A DNA stretch of 64,000 nt from a virus, in the IMG/VR virus record IMGVR_UViG_3300032229_000759, positions 1 to 64,000 of that record; one strand, 5' to 3'. Below the pieces are notes generated by a model, which was given only the letters and a program-made list of their open reading frames with translations, did not search any database and was not told the origin of the DNA. The translations under genes were made by a program, and so were the position numbers. Below, in pieces: positions 20,195-30,600 of the stretch (within the stretch, counting starts at the first letter, position 1; every line of letters begins with the position of its first letter).

Positions 20195-21147
20195 GTTGTG
20201 AAGATTATACTAAATTTAATAATGTTGATAGTGTAGGTTCGGCGCATTTACTCAATCAACTAGAAGATAATTTAAAAACATTTTTTGACTGGGGTTTCTT
20301 AAACATTGGCGGCTTTGTTAATGTTAAGATTCCCACAAGTGGTTTAAGCGGCGGCTCTTTTCATGATCTTAGACCTTCGGACCAGCCAGGATATATCAAA
20401 GGACAACTGTGGCAATCTCCCAAAAAAGATTGGGTATGGGAAACTGGAGTAGTTTACAAAAATGTTTCTCCTATTAATATTTCTGGTGTTTATATCAATA
20501 ACACATTTTCTCCAGCCCCAACAGGTAGCGGCGGTTTAGGCTATCGTATAAATTATCCTCTGGGACAAGTGGTATTTAATCAATCACAATCTTCTAATGT
20601 GAGACTAGAGTATTCTTATCGCTGGTGTCAAGTTTATAAGGGTAGTAGTGAACCATATTTAGCGGAACTACAAGAACTATCTAATAAGCCAGCTCCTCAA
20701 ATATCCCAAAGAGACAAGGGAGAATATAATTTATCGTCTAATCATAGGGTTCAGACCCCATGTATTATCATAGAACCAATAGCCAGAAGCTATTCTAAGC
20801 CATGGCAACTAGGAGCACACGACTTTGCTATTGATCAAGATATTTTATTACATGTATTTGCTGAAAATGCAGCAGATAAAAATAGAATAGTGGACATAAT
20901 AAGGCTACAAAAAGAAAAAAATATATGGTTATACGACATAAATAAAGTGGTCAATAGTGGTATTAATCCGCTTACTTATCAGGGCAGTAAAAATATTAAT
21001 GGTAAAATATATTGTGATATTGTTGTAAATCCATTATATAGATGGAAATTATGTTACTTTAAAGATATAGTGCCAATGGATATGGAAAGCAGAAATAAAA
21101 ATTTGTATTGGTGTACAATAAGATTGACAACTCAAGTTATCATTTAG
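20191..21147 (+). CDS. Putative tail terminator protein
   Basis: 318 aa directly upstream of the tube gene; PCIIIE...QDILLHVFAEN..DKNRIVDII pattern resembles terminator folds. Confidence 0.5.
   Translation: MSCEDYTKFNNVDSVGSAHLLNQLEDNLKTFFDWGFLNIGGFVNVKIPTSGLSGGSFHDLRPSDQPGYIKGQLWQSPKKDWVWETGVVYKNVSPINISGVYINNTFSPAPTGSGGLGYRINYPLGQVVFNQSQSSNVRLEYSYRWCQVYKGSSEPYLAELQELSNKPAPQISQRDKGEYNLSSNHRVQTPCIIIEPIARSYSKPWQLGAHDFAIDQDILLHVFAENAADKNRIVDIIRLQKEKNIWLYDINKVVNSGINPLTYQGSKNINGKIYCDIVVNPLYRWKLCYFKDIVPMDMESRNKNLYWCTIRLTTQVII
21110..21124 (+). promoter_or_regulatory. Candidate late promoter motif upstream of tail tube gene
   Basis: GGTGTACAATAAGAT 60 nt before ATG 21170 (inside the upstream CDS). 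Confidence 0.3.
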
Positions 21148-21169
21148 CCAAAATAAATGGAGAAAACTC

Positions 21170-22219
21170 ATGGCCAACCGTATATATTATGCCTGCCAAT
21201 CAGTTCAATTAAATGGTCCCAGCGGTACACGCTCGGTATCAAACACAGCTTGGGATTCAGTTCAGGGCTTGCAAAGTGTTGGTATGACAACCAACTTCAA
21301 TCTTGAGCCCGTATATCAGCTCGGTCAATTAGAGCTTTATGATAACTATGAAGAAATTCCAGAAGTAGAAATTACTCTCAATAAAGTATTAGACGGTTTT
21401 CCCACCATTTATTCAATGGCCATGGGTACTGGTTCATTAGCAGATTTGGCCAATAGTCGTTGCGGTGTTCGTTTATCATTATTCCCAGACACCAACACAT
21501 CTGCTACCGGCACACCATCAGCTCAAGTAACATGCATGCCAGCTTATTTATCTTCTGTTACCTATACTTTCCCAACAGACGGCAATTTTACAGAAGAAGT
21601 AACATTAGTAAGTAATGACAAAGAATGGGCTAGCTCGCTATCGTCTGAAACAGAAAATAAGCCAGTTGCTGATTCTCCATCTGGTGTTGGTATTTTACGT
21701 CGTGGCTTATGGGATCGTGCTGGTACAATTCTACCAACCGGCGCTGGCACAGCCGGTGACCTTGCTAGACTATCTGCGAGCGGAGGTATTCCTGCCGGTA
21801 TTAAGATTAACAGTGTTTCTGTAAGTATGAACCTGGGTCGTGAACAAATTAGAGAACTAGGCAGTAGAACTCCTTACTATCGTTATATTCAGTTCCCAGT
21901 AGAAATCACCACAGAAGTTGAGGTTGTTGCTAATACTGGTGACATGGTAGGCGTACAAGGCTCTAGTAATGCAGTTTGTAATAACCCCAAGGCTCTATCA
22001 AACAAAGAAATCTTGATTTCATTGTGTGATGGAACAAAGATCGATCTCGGCAAGAAGAATAAGCTCACAAGCGTTAATTATACTGGTGGCGATACTGGTG
22101 GTGGTAATGCTACCATTACTTATAGCTATCAAACCTATAGTGAGTTCACATATTCTGCCCCAACAGGCACTATAGTGTCCTTTAGTAGCGCTGTAGAAAC
22201 TTGGCCCTATACTGCGTAA
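21170..22219 (+). CDS. Major tail tube protein
   Basis: 349 aa; GLQSVGMTTNFNLEPVYQLGQLELY and a second SVSVSMNLGREQIRELG half; GGAG RBS; position upstream of chaperones and TMP. Confidence 0.7.
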   Translation: MANRIYYACQSVQLNGPSGTRSVSNTAWDSVQGLQSVGMTTNFNLEPVYQLGQLELYDNYEEIPEVEITLNKVLDGFPTIYSMAMGTGSLADLANSRCGVRLSLFPDTNTSATGTPSAQVTCMPAYLSSVTYTFPTDGNFTEEVTLVSNDKEWASSLSSETENKPVADSPSGVGILRRGLWDRAGTILPTGAGTAGDLARLSASGGIPAGIKINSVSVSMNLGREQIRELGSRTPYYRYIQFPVEITTEVEVVANTGDMVGVQGSSNAVCNNPKALSNKEILISLCDGTKIDLGKKNKLTSVNYTGGDTGGGNATITYSYQTYSEFTYSAPTGTIVSFSSAVETWPYTA

Positions 22220-22241
22220 TAATAAATTAGGAACTTAGATA

Positions 22242-22394
22242 ATGGATGAAATATTTACTGTAATTGGTAAATTGTATTTAGATTTATTACAAAGTCAAAA
22301 AATAATAGAGAGCTTGCAGAAAAGACTAGACGATAAAGAGCGTGACATAGCTAATCTGCAAGCGTCTATTATCGAAAAAGAAAATTTAATGTGA
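22242..22394 (+). CDS. Small coiled-coil protein, 50 aa (absent from the ORF track)
   Basis: MDEIFTVIGKLYLDLLQSQKIIESLQKRLDDKERDIANLQASIIEKENLM; AGGA upstream; its TGA overlaps the next GTG start. Confidence 0.7.
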   Translation: MDEIFTVIGKLYLDLLQSQKIIESLQKRLDDKERDIANLQASIIEKENLM

Positions 22395-23422
22395 ATGATA
22401 GCAGGACCAATGAAATTTTAGTTCGTAGAATATTATCTGGTAAGCAAGTTTTTTCTTATAGTGATAATTTTTATGAACTTAGGAAACCGTCTTTAGACCT
22501 ACAAATACAAGCAGACGTACTATACCAATCTGCTTATGACGATAATATCTTTAATAATTTTTTATTGTCAGAGGATTTAGAACCACTGTTGTATGAAACA
22601 GACATATTATTTTTAGGCTATGATACCCATCTAGTTAAGCTGTCTAATACTTTGGATAATGCTAAAATTGATCTATTTCAAAACTACTATGACAGAAGTA
22701 AAAAAAATAAAAATAAACACAAAATTCAAACATTAAAAAGAGAAATCGCGGATATTAATCAAAAAAAACACAGCTTAGACTACTTAACCCTAGAGCACTA
22801 TTGTGATAATATTCGGAATGAGTTTTTAATATCTCATTCATTATATTTTTATAAAACTGATAATTTAGTATTTGCTGACGTAATAGATCCCAAAACATTC
22901 GGAACCCTCTCTTCCTGCATAAGTAATAATATTATCGATATACCTACATATAAAAAATTAGCTAGATCAGATTATTGGAAAAATTATTGGAATATTAATA
23001 AAAGCAATATTTTAAATGAACCTATTAATGAATGGTCTGAAGAACAAAAAACTTTGATAAACATATCAATTATGTATGATAGAATACATGAGCATCCAGA
23101 GTGTCCCAAAGAAGATATTATTAATGATGACGATGCTCTTGATGGATGGATGGTATTTCAGAAAAGAGAAAACGAGAGACAAAAGAAAGAAAAGGGTGTA
23201 GAAAATATGATGACGGGCAAACTAAAGAATGCCTCAGAAGTATTTTTAATGGCTCAGGACAAAGGACAAGCTCAAGATATTCTATCGATCAATTCCGATC
23301 AATCTTTAGCCACTCTCAAAGAAAAAGTAAATTTTGTATCATCTAGTTCAGGACCAATCAAAGACGCAGCACTACCGGACGTAAAACAAAAAATTATACA
23401 ACAGCTTAAAGGAAAAGGATAA
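22391..23422 (+). CDS. Putative tail assembly chaperone (long form); paralog of 23742-24611
   Basis: Between tube and TMP; N-terminal ~160 aa align by eye with the 289-aa protein. Confidence 0.5.
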   Translation: MNDSRTNEILVRRILSGKQVFSYSDNFYELRKPSLDLQIQADVLYQSAYDDNIFNNFLLSEDLEPLLYETDILFLGYDTHLVKLSNTLDNAKIDLFQNYYDRSKKNKNKHKIQTLKREIADINQKKHSLDYLTLEHYCDNIRNEFLISHSLYFYKTDNLVFADVIDPKTFGTLSSCISNNIIDIPTYKKLARSDYWKNYWNINKSNILNEPINEWSEEQKTLINISIMYDRIHEHPECPKEDIINDDDALDGWMVFQKRENERQKKEKGVENMMTGKLKNASEVFLMAQDKGQAQDILSINSDQSLATLKEKVNFVSSSSGPIKDAALPDVKQKIIQQLKGKG

Positions 23423-23427
23423 AATTT

Positions 23428-23739
23428 ATGTATGATCCAGAAAGACTCAAGTTTTATATGCAGAAAAGAATTCAGACCACTATGATAGGAGCCCTTGCCA
23501 GAATAGAAGAAAGTTTTGGCTATTTATGGGGCCACGACAAAGATGGCGAACTAACCAGCCAAGAAGAAAAATTTGCAGATCTTTGGGATTTTACTAGAAA
23601 CCAAATATTAAACTATGGAAATAACCAAATCAGAGGACTGAAAGACGATTTTCATAAATACGGCGGCGTTTTTCAAAATAAATACCATTATAAATTTCAT
23701 GTACCACAAGACGAAAACCCAGAAAGCAGGAAGGATTAA
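23428..23739 (+). CDS. Hypothetical phage protein (103 aa)
   Basis: Clean ORF with AAGGA RBS inside the tail operon. Confidence 0.7.
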   Translation: MYDPERLKFYMQKRIQTTMIGALARIEESFGYLWGHDKDGELTSQEEKFADLWDFTRNQILNYGNNQIRGLKDDFHKYGGVFQNKYHYKFHVPQDENPESRKD

Positions 23740-23741
23740 AT

Positions 23742-24611
23742 ATGAAAACAGATACTTTTTCTTTAGAGATAGATAACAAGCAAGTTACTTTTTTAGTTAA
23801 GACCCCATCTTTACACGATCAACGAGAAGGTCAAAAGATTTATAATCAAGCCTTTACAGATGCTATTAAATCTGGCTCTGTGGTCAGAGCAAAAATGGAT
23901 GATCTATTAGAATCACAGGGTTTGTGGAGCGCAGAGAAACAAAAAAAATATAGCGAACTACAACAAGAATTATTAGATGGTGAAAAAAGATTGGCCAAGG
24001 GAGGCTTTCCTCTAGGAGACGCTAAGAAATTGGCCATCCGCATGAAAGAGGTCAGAAATGAGATCCGAGACCTTGTGAGTGTTCGTACATCATTAGATAA
24101 CCAGAGCGCAGAAGGCCAAGCTGATAATGCTAGATTTAATTATTTAGTATCAGTTTGCGTGGTGTATAATGATAATAATGAGCCATATTTTAAAAATTTA
24201 CAAGACTATTTAGACAGAGCTGATAGTCCTGTAGCTTTTAAGGGTGCTCAAAAATTGGCTAACATGATGTATGGTTTGGATAATAACTTTGAAAAGAATT
24301 TACCAGAAAATAAATTCTTAAAGAAGTATAGATTTGTTAATGATAATTTGCAGTTTATCGATAAGCAAGGCAGAACAGTAGATATCGACGGAAGATTAAT
24401 AGATAGTGTAACTGGCAGATATATTAATGACAAGGGTGAGTTTGTTGATAAGGATGGCAATAGAGTAGACGAAGAAGGGGACTATCTGTTAGACGCTGAA
24501 CCATTTTTAGATGATGACGGCAAACCTATTATTTTAGAGGAAAATCAGGTAGTATCAGATGCAAAAGAAACCACAGAACTTACTGCTAAAGAACCTGATA
24601 CCACTTCATAA
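23742..24611 (+). CDS. Putative tail assembly chaperone with acidic DxxGxxVD repeats
   Basis: Immediately upstream of TMP; repeats DKQGRTVD/DIDGRLID/DKGEFVD/DKDGNRVD/DEEG/DDDGKP. Confidence 0.55.
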   Translation: MKTDTFSLEIDNKQVTFLVKTPSLHDQREGQKIYNQAFTDAIKSGSVVRAKMDDLLESQGLWSAEKQKKYSELQQELLDGEKRLAKGGFPLGDAKKLAIRMKEVRNEIRDLVSVRTSLDNQSAEGQADNARFNYLVSVCVVYNDNNEPYFKNLQDYLDRADSPVAFKGAQKLANMMYGLDNNFEKNLPENKFLKKYRFVNDNLQFIDKQGRTVDIDGRLIDSVTGRYINDKGEFVDKDGNRVDEEGDYLLDAEPFLDDDGKPIILEENQVVSDAKETTELTAKEPDTTS

Positions 24612-24646
24612 TATATATTATTTTTATAATACATTTTTTGCTCAAC

Positions 24647-24682
24647 AACGCTATCCTGCTTGCGGGGTAGCGTTACTTTTTT
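24647..24682 (+). terminator. Intrinsic terminator-like hairpin directly upstream of TMP
   Basis: AACGCTATCCTGC-TT-GCGGGGTAGCGTT stem with G-U pairs, followed by ACTTTTTT. Confidence 0.7.
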
Positions 24683-24695
24683 AAGGATATAATTT

Positions 24696-27600
24696 ATGGC
24701 TAGAGGCTTTGACCTAACAGCAGAAATTAATTTGAGAGGCCCGTCTAATATCAGAACCATAGTGGCTGATATTCGTAGACAATTAGGCACTATCGAAGCT
24801 AATGTGGACGTGCAGATAAACCCTGCTACGGCAAGAAATCTAGATACCTTAAATAGAAATTTTGCTGATTTTAATAGAACTTTATCCACAACCAGAACGT
24901 CTGCTGATGCAGTATCATCCTCTTTAAGAAATTTAGCTCAGGCTGTTCAGGCTGCGTCTGGACGAAGTAATCAACTACCTCGTAATTTACAACAAATTAA
25001 TAATGCTGCCCAAAATCTTACTAGACAAAATAATGCTGCTGAACGAGCAACCAGAGACTTAACTGGTTCTTTTGAAGATTTCGGTAGACAATCTGCTTTG
25101 GCAGTAAGACGTTTTGCCGCTTTTGCTACGGTTACAGGGGTGATTTATAAGGTTTCTGCTGCCGTGAGTAGTGCTGCTAAAGACTTTATTGATTTTGATA
25201 AAGAATTAGTAAGAGTGGCTCAAGTAACAGATACCTCTACTAAAAATCTAGGATCATTAGTCAGTCAAATTACACAACTTAGTACTACGTTCGGAGTAGC
25301 CTCTAAAGATTTAATACAAGTATCAAGTACATTAGCACAAGCTGGCTTAAGTGCTAGAGACACAGAAAAAGCATTAAAGGCTTTGGCACTGAGTGCATTG
25401 GCTCCATCGTTTGATAGTTTAAATGAAACCGTTGAAGGTAGTATTGCTTTGATGAGACAGTTCGGTATTGGCGCCGGCGATCTAGAAAAAGCATTAGGTT
25501 CAGTCAACGCAGTAGCTGCTAAATTTGCTGTTGAAGCTAGCGACTTAATTACTGCTATTCAGCGTACTGGTGGTGTGTTTGCTACAGCCAGTAAAGGCGT
25601 TAGCGAAGGCACAGATGCTCTTAATGAATTTATTGCTGTATTTACTAGTGTGCGAGCCACCACCCGTGAAAGTGCAGAAACTATTGCTACGGGTTTAAGA
25701 ACTATTTTTACTCGTATTCAAAGAGGAGACACCATTAATGCGCTGAAAGAATATGGTGTAGCTTTGACAGATTTAGAAGGTAAATTCGTCGGCCCCTTCG
25801 AAGCTGTTCGCAGATTGAGCGCAGGACTTAATCAATTGGATCCAAGAGATCTCAAATTCTCTAGAATTGTAGAAGAGCTTGGCGGCTTTAGACAAATCGG
25901 CAAAGTTATTCCTTTAATTCAACAATTCGCTACTGCTCAAGCAGCATTAAAGGTAGCACAAACAGGTCAAGACTCATTAGCTAAAGATACCACAATAGCT
26001 CAACAAGCATTAGCTAGACAAATAAGTAAGGTTAAAGAAGAATTTATTGGATTGATTAGATCTATAGGACAAAGCGAAGGTTTTCAAACTATTGTTAAGC
26101 TCTCTTTAGATCTAACCTCTAATCTTATCAAGATGGCCGACGCTGCAAAAGGAGCGCTACCAGCCATAGCCGCTATTATGGCATTTAGAGGAGCATCTGC
26201 CCTTAATCAATATGGTATAGGTTTTCTTGGCGGAATTAGAGGCCGTCCAGCAAGACCACAAGGAGCTAATAGCGGAGGCTATATTAGAGGATATGCTAGT
26301 GGTGGCCATGTACCCGGTACAGGTAATTCTGATACGGTGCCTGCTATGTTAACTCCTGGCGAATTTGTGATTCGTAAAAAAGCTGTAGAAACAATAGGGG
26401 CTAGTAATTTACAAAGATTAAATAAGTATAGTGGTGGAGGCAGAGTAAAATTTAAAGGAGGCGGATTTGCTAGTGCTCCCATGGTGGATGATATCGCTAC
26501 CAATGCTCCTGGATCTGTTTTACCAAACAGGGTTGCTTTAGAACAAATTTTACAAACTGGATATGGAGCCCTTGATTTTGACAGAACCCTTAAACGTACA
26601 ATTGGTGATACTGCATACGGTAAAGCAAAAACCTCACAACAAAAAGATGCTGTATTAGATAGATATTTTAGAAACCCTAAAGCTAGATTAGCTGACGCTA
26701 CTTCTGGATCAATAACTAGTTTTGGTAAACAATTACTGGATGCTATCAAAACGGGTAAAGTTGATCCCAGTAAACTTAGCGTTATTAGTAAATCTCGTCG
26801 CGCTCCGGGTTTGGCTGAACATATACAAGAATTATTTGGCATACCAAAAAACAATATGATTTTTACCGGTGGTGGATCTAAAGAACCAGCATTAGAAGCC
26901 CTAAGACAAAAAGGACCTAGAGCTAGTCGAGTATTTAAATCTTTAGGTGGAATAGTACAAAAATTTAAAAACGCAGGAGAAGTTAAAAAACCACCAAAAG
27001 CACTAGGATCTAAACTAGCATTGATATTAGGAAAAATAGACAGAAAAGAAATGGGATTATCTAGTGCGGACTTAGTATCGGGAGTGACTAAGGACGAGTG
27101 GTCAAAGGCGTCTGATGATGTAAAAAATAAATGGATACAGTTAGCTGCCGCTAAACAAAACAGATTGTCTGGAGCTAAACAAGCAAAAAAAACAAAAAAA
27201 GAAAATAAAGAAAAAAATGTAATCGAAACAGGAGAACCATTTGGTCTGGTTGCTCTTTATGGAGGTAGAGGCACAGCAGCTAAAGAAGGATTAGACAAGA
27301 ATAAAACACCACTATCAATATCTTTTGGTTCTTTAGATCCGAAATTTGCTGGGAAATATGAATCGATTATGGTTGGTGATTTTAAAAAAACAATTAATAA
27401 AATTGGAAGTAGTATGGCTAGGAGAATTGGTTCTACTCCAGAAACAGATCCAAGTATTATTACTAAAATATTAAAAAAAGCAGGCATCGAAACAGCTGTG
27501 GGGTCTTTGCTGGAGTCTTCTATAGCTATAGCCGGAGCCCCATTTAATGACGCTAATATAAAACAAAATGCTGCTATAGATTTTCCTAGCGGTTTGGGAC

Positions 27601-30600
27601 CGATAGCTTCTTTGTTTGGTGTTCCACCTAATATCCCAACTGACGCTACAAGAAATATTAAAGGAAAAGGCATACCTCGATTTGTAGGACAAATATCTAG
27701 ATATTTAGACAAAAAAAACAGTTTACAACAAGCCATAGCGAACGCTGTACCGATTGGAAGTGAAAATGCTATTTCTGCAGCTTCGGTCAGACGTAAAAAT
27801 CTCGGTGGATCAATAGCAAAATTTGCTAACGGAGGTAGCTCAGAAGATACAGTACCAGCACTCTTGACTCCTGGTGAATTTGTTATTAATAAAAAAGCAG
27901 CTCAACAAATAGGAGCCAGTAAACTACATCAATTAAATCGTGCAGATAAAGTACAAGGATTTAATAAAGGTGGGGCGGTAGGCTATGTTCAGAAGCTTGC
28001 TAATGGAGGAGATGTAGAGGCTAGAATCCAAAGATACATGATGTTATTTGAAGGTTTCTTAGATAATATCACTGATAGCACATATAGAGCAAACAGATCA
28101 GCGGGCGCTAATCCAGCACAAGCGCTAAATAATAGTCGCAGAGTAGCTGGTAGAGAATTTGCCGATGCTTCTAGTGTTGTAATAAGAAATGCTGGATCTA
28201 GATCCGACAGAATGGCCGCTGCTGAAGCATCGTCTAGAGTGATTAGTCAATATATGCAAAGAGCGGCCACTTCTGCAGAAAATGTGTCTAGATCATCCTC
28301 ATTAAGTCAAAGAGCTTTTCAGGCTATTCAAAATTCTACTAGTAGAGTACGAGGATTTTTCACTAGATCATCAGTAGCTAATACTCCGGCAGCTAATACT
28401 CCGGCAGCCAATGGGGCAGATGCCAATACTGGTAGTAGATTCAATTTACAAAATTTTGGTTTATCTTTAGCTTTTATAGGACCAGCAATTGGAGACGCTA
28501 TTGTTAACGCACTAGGTACCGACAAGGTACAGAATAGAGGATACTCATCTGCTATTACAGGAGTTACTTCGTCATTAGCTATTGGTGCTCAATTTGGTCC
28601 GATGGGAGCTTTTGCTGGTGCCATGTTAGGAGCTGTGTCTGCTGTAGATAATTTTAATAAGGGCGTGGCCGAAGCTGAAATAGAACTTAGTAAACTAAAA
28701 ATAGATAAAGAAGCTGATACTGCAGAAAAGAATATAGAAAAATTATTAAGACAACCTAATAATGCAGCTGCTAATCAAAATATTTTAGCAAGTTTGCGAA
28801 ATATTGGTCTAGAAGAATCTAAAAATATTGAAAATGAAAATTTAAAGAGACAACCTGGGGTTATATCTAATACTTTAGACTCTTATTTTGGTAAAAATTC
28901 TTTAGAAAGATTAACATTAGGATTTTATAAAAACTCTAATTTATCGTCTCAAGATATTGCAGAGCAGGAAGCTTCTCAGAATAGAATGGGTTCTGATATA
29001 GCTCGCAAAGCATTAACAACAAAAATTGAAAAAGGATTTACATTTGATCAGGCTTTGTCTTCTTTTGGCACATCCGGCGCGGCAGCTATAAGAAGTAATA
29101 TACTAGAAGCAGATAAAGAATATAGACAAAAATCAGCAGAATTAAACGAGCAAGCTAAAACTGATCCTAAAATAGCGGTTAATTTGGCAGAAAGACAAAA
29201 AGCATTAGCGGATAAATATTTCTTACTATCTACAGAAGCAGAAAGAGCTTTAAGCGCAGATAAACAAAGAATAGCAGCGTCTCAAAAATTAGCTAAAACA
29301 TTAGAATTAGCTTCTGTGAGTATAACTCAAACATTTGAAAATATGAATCAGGCTTTGAGTAGAGCCAAGTTTGAGTTTGATGCCGTAGCCCAAAGATCTG
29401 ATGAACTACTAAATAATCAGACGTCTCCTAATATTTCATTTAGATCACGCAATATATTAGATAATCCTAACGCATATTCTGCTGCTGAAAGACAGGGAGC
29501 AGTTAGACAAGTTAGTGGCATGTTTGGTCAAGACAGTAAATTCGTAGAAGCATTTTATAATTTTGGGGATAATATTGAAAATACTATTAGAAATATTGCT
29601 GTTCAAGCTCAAAAAACTGGGAACAATGAAAATATATCTGATAAAATAGTAAATGAATTAACTAGACAAATGATTCCGATTTTTGGAGATAATCGTATCA
29701 CAGACACCGTTCGACAACAACTAAAAGGGGCCATTGCACAACAAAGCAAAGACAACCCAGGAGGAGAAATAGATCCTCAAAAGCTTTTAGATATTGAAGG
29801 CTTTAGACAAATCATAGAATATAGTAAAGCTTCGTTTAATACGCTCAAAAATCAATTTGAGACCCTTGGCGAAATAATGAATAGTTATGGTCAGCAAGTT
29901 GAAAAAGCAGCCGCTATACAGCAACAAATACAAGATAATTTAGTGGGATTACAGTCTGGCTTGATTAATACTTCTTTTAGACTTAAAGAAATTTTTGGTA
30001 GAGATGTAGATATTAATGCGAGACTAGGAGCTAATAGACTTGAGAGCGCTACTCGGTTTGGTATTAATCCTAGAGAAATGGATTCTAATACCTTGATGTC
30101 TAGAAGACAATTATTGATGGCAAATAGAGAAGAAATTCAAGCAAAATTACAACAAGCCACTACTACTCAAGCATTGAATATTAGAGGTATATCTGTTCTG
30201 CAAACTAGCTTAATCAAATTAGATAGAGAAATAAAGAATGTAGATGGAGCATTAGGTAGTTTACCTGGTGTTATAGAAAAAAATATTAATGATATATTGG
30301 GAGAAATACAAAGAATAAATAGCGAAAGAGAAAATAGATTACAGGCTGGAGTAGGTTTCGCTGAAAAATTAGTAGGTAGCACTCCTGAAGAATTAGCAGA
30401 TTTAAATGACACATACTCTGTATTAAATCGTACATTAAATGGTAACTTAGTTACTATTAATCAATCTACAGCAGCACAAAGAGCATATTTTGAAACTATT
30501 AATAGAGGCGGTTCTCCTGTTGAAGCAATGTCAGCTGCTCAACAAGCTTTTGCCGCACAAACTCAAAAAGCTTTGGGCATGTTTAATGATCTAGTACAAA

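Noticed and set aside
22391-24611. Programmed -1 frameshift at A-rich runs in the chaperone region
   Set aside because: A-runs are common in this AT-rich DNA, and each downstream ORF has its own start; no frameshift is needed to explain the layout
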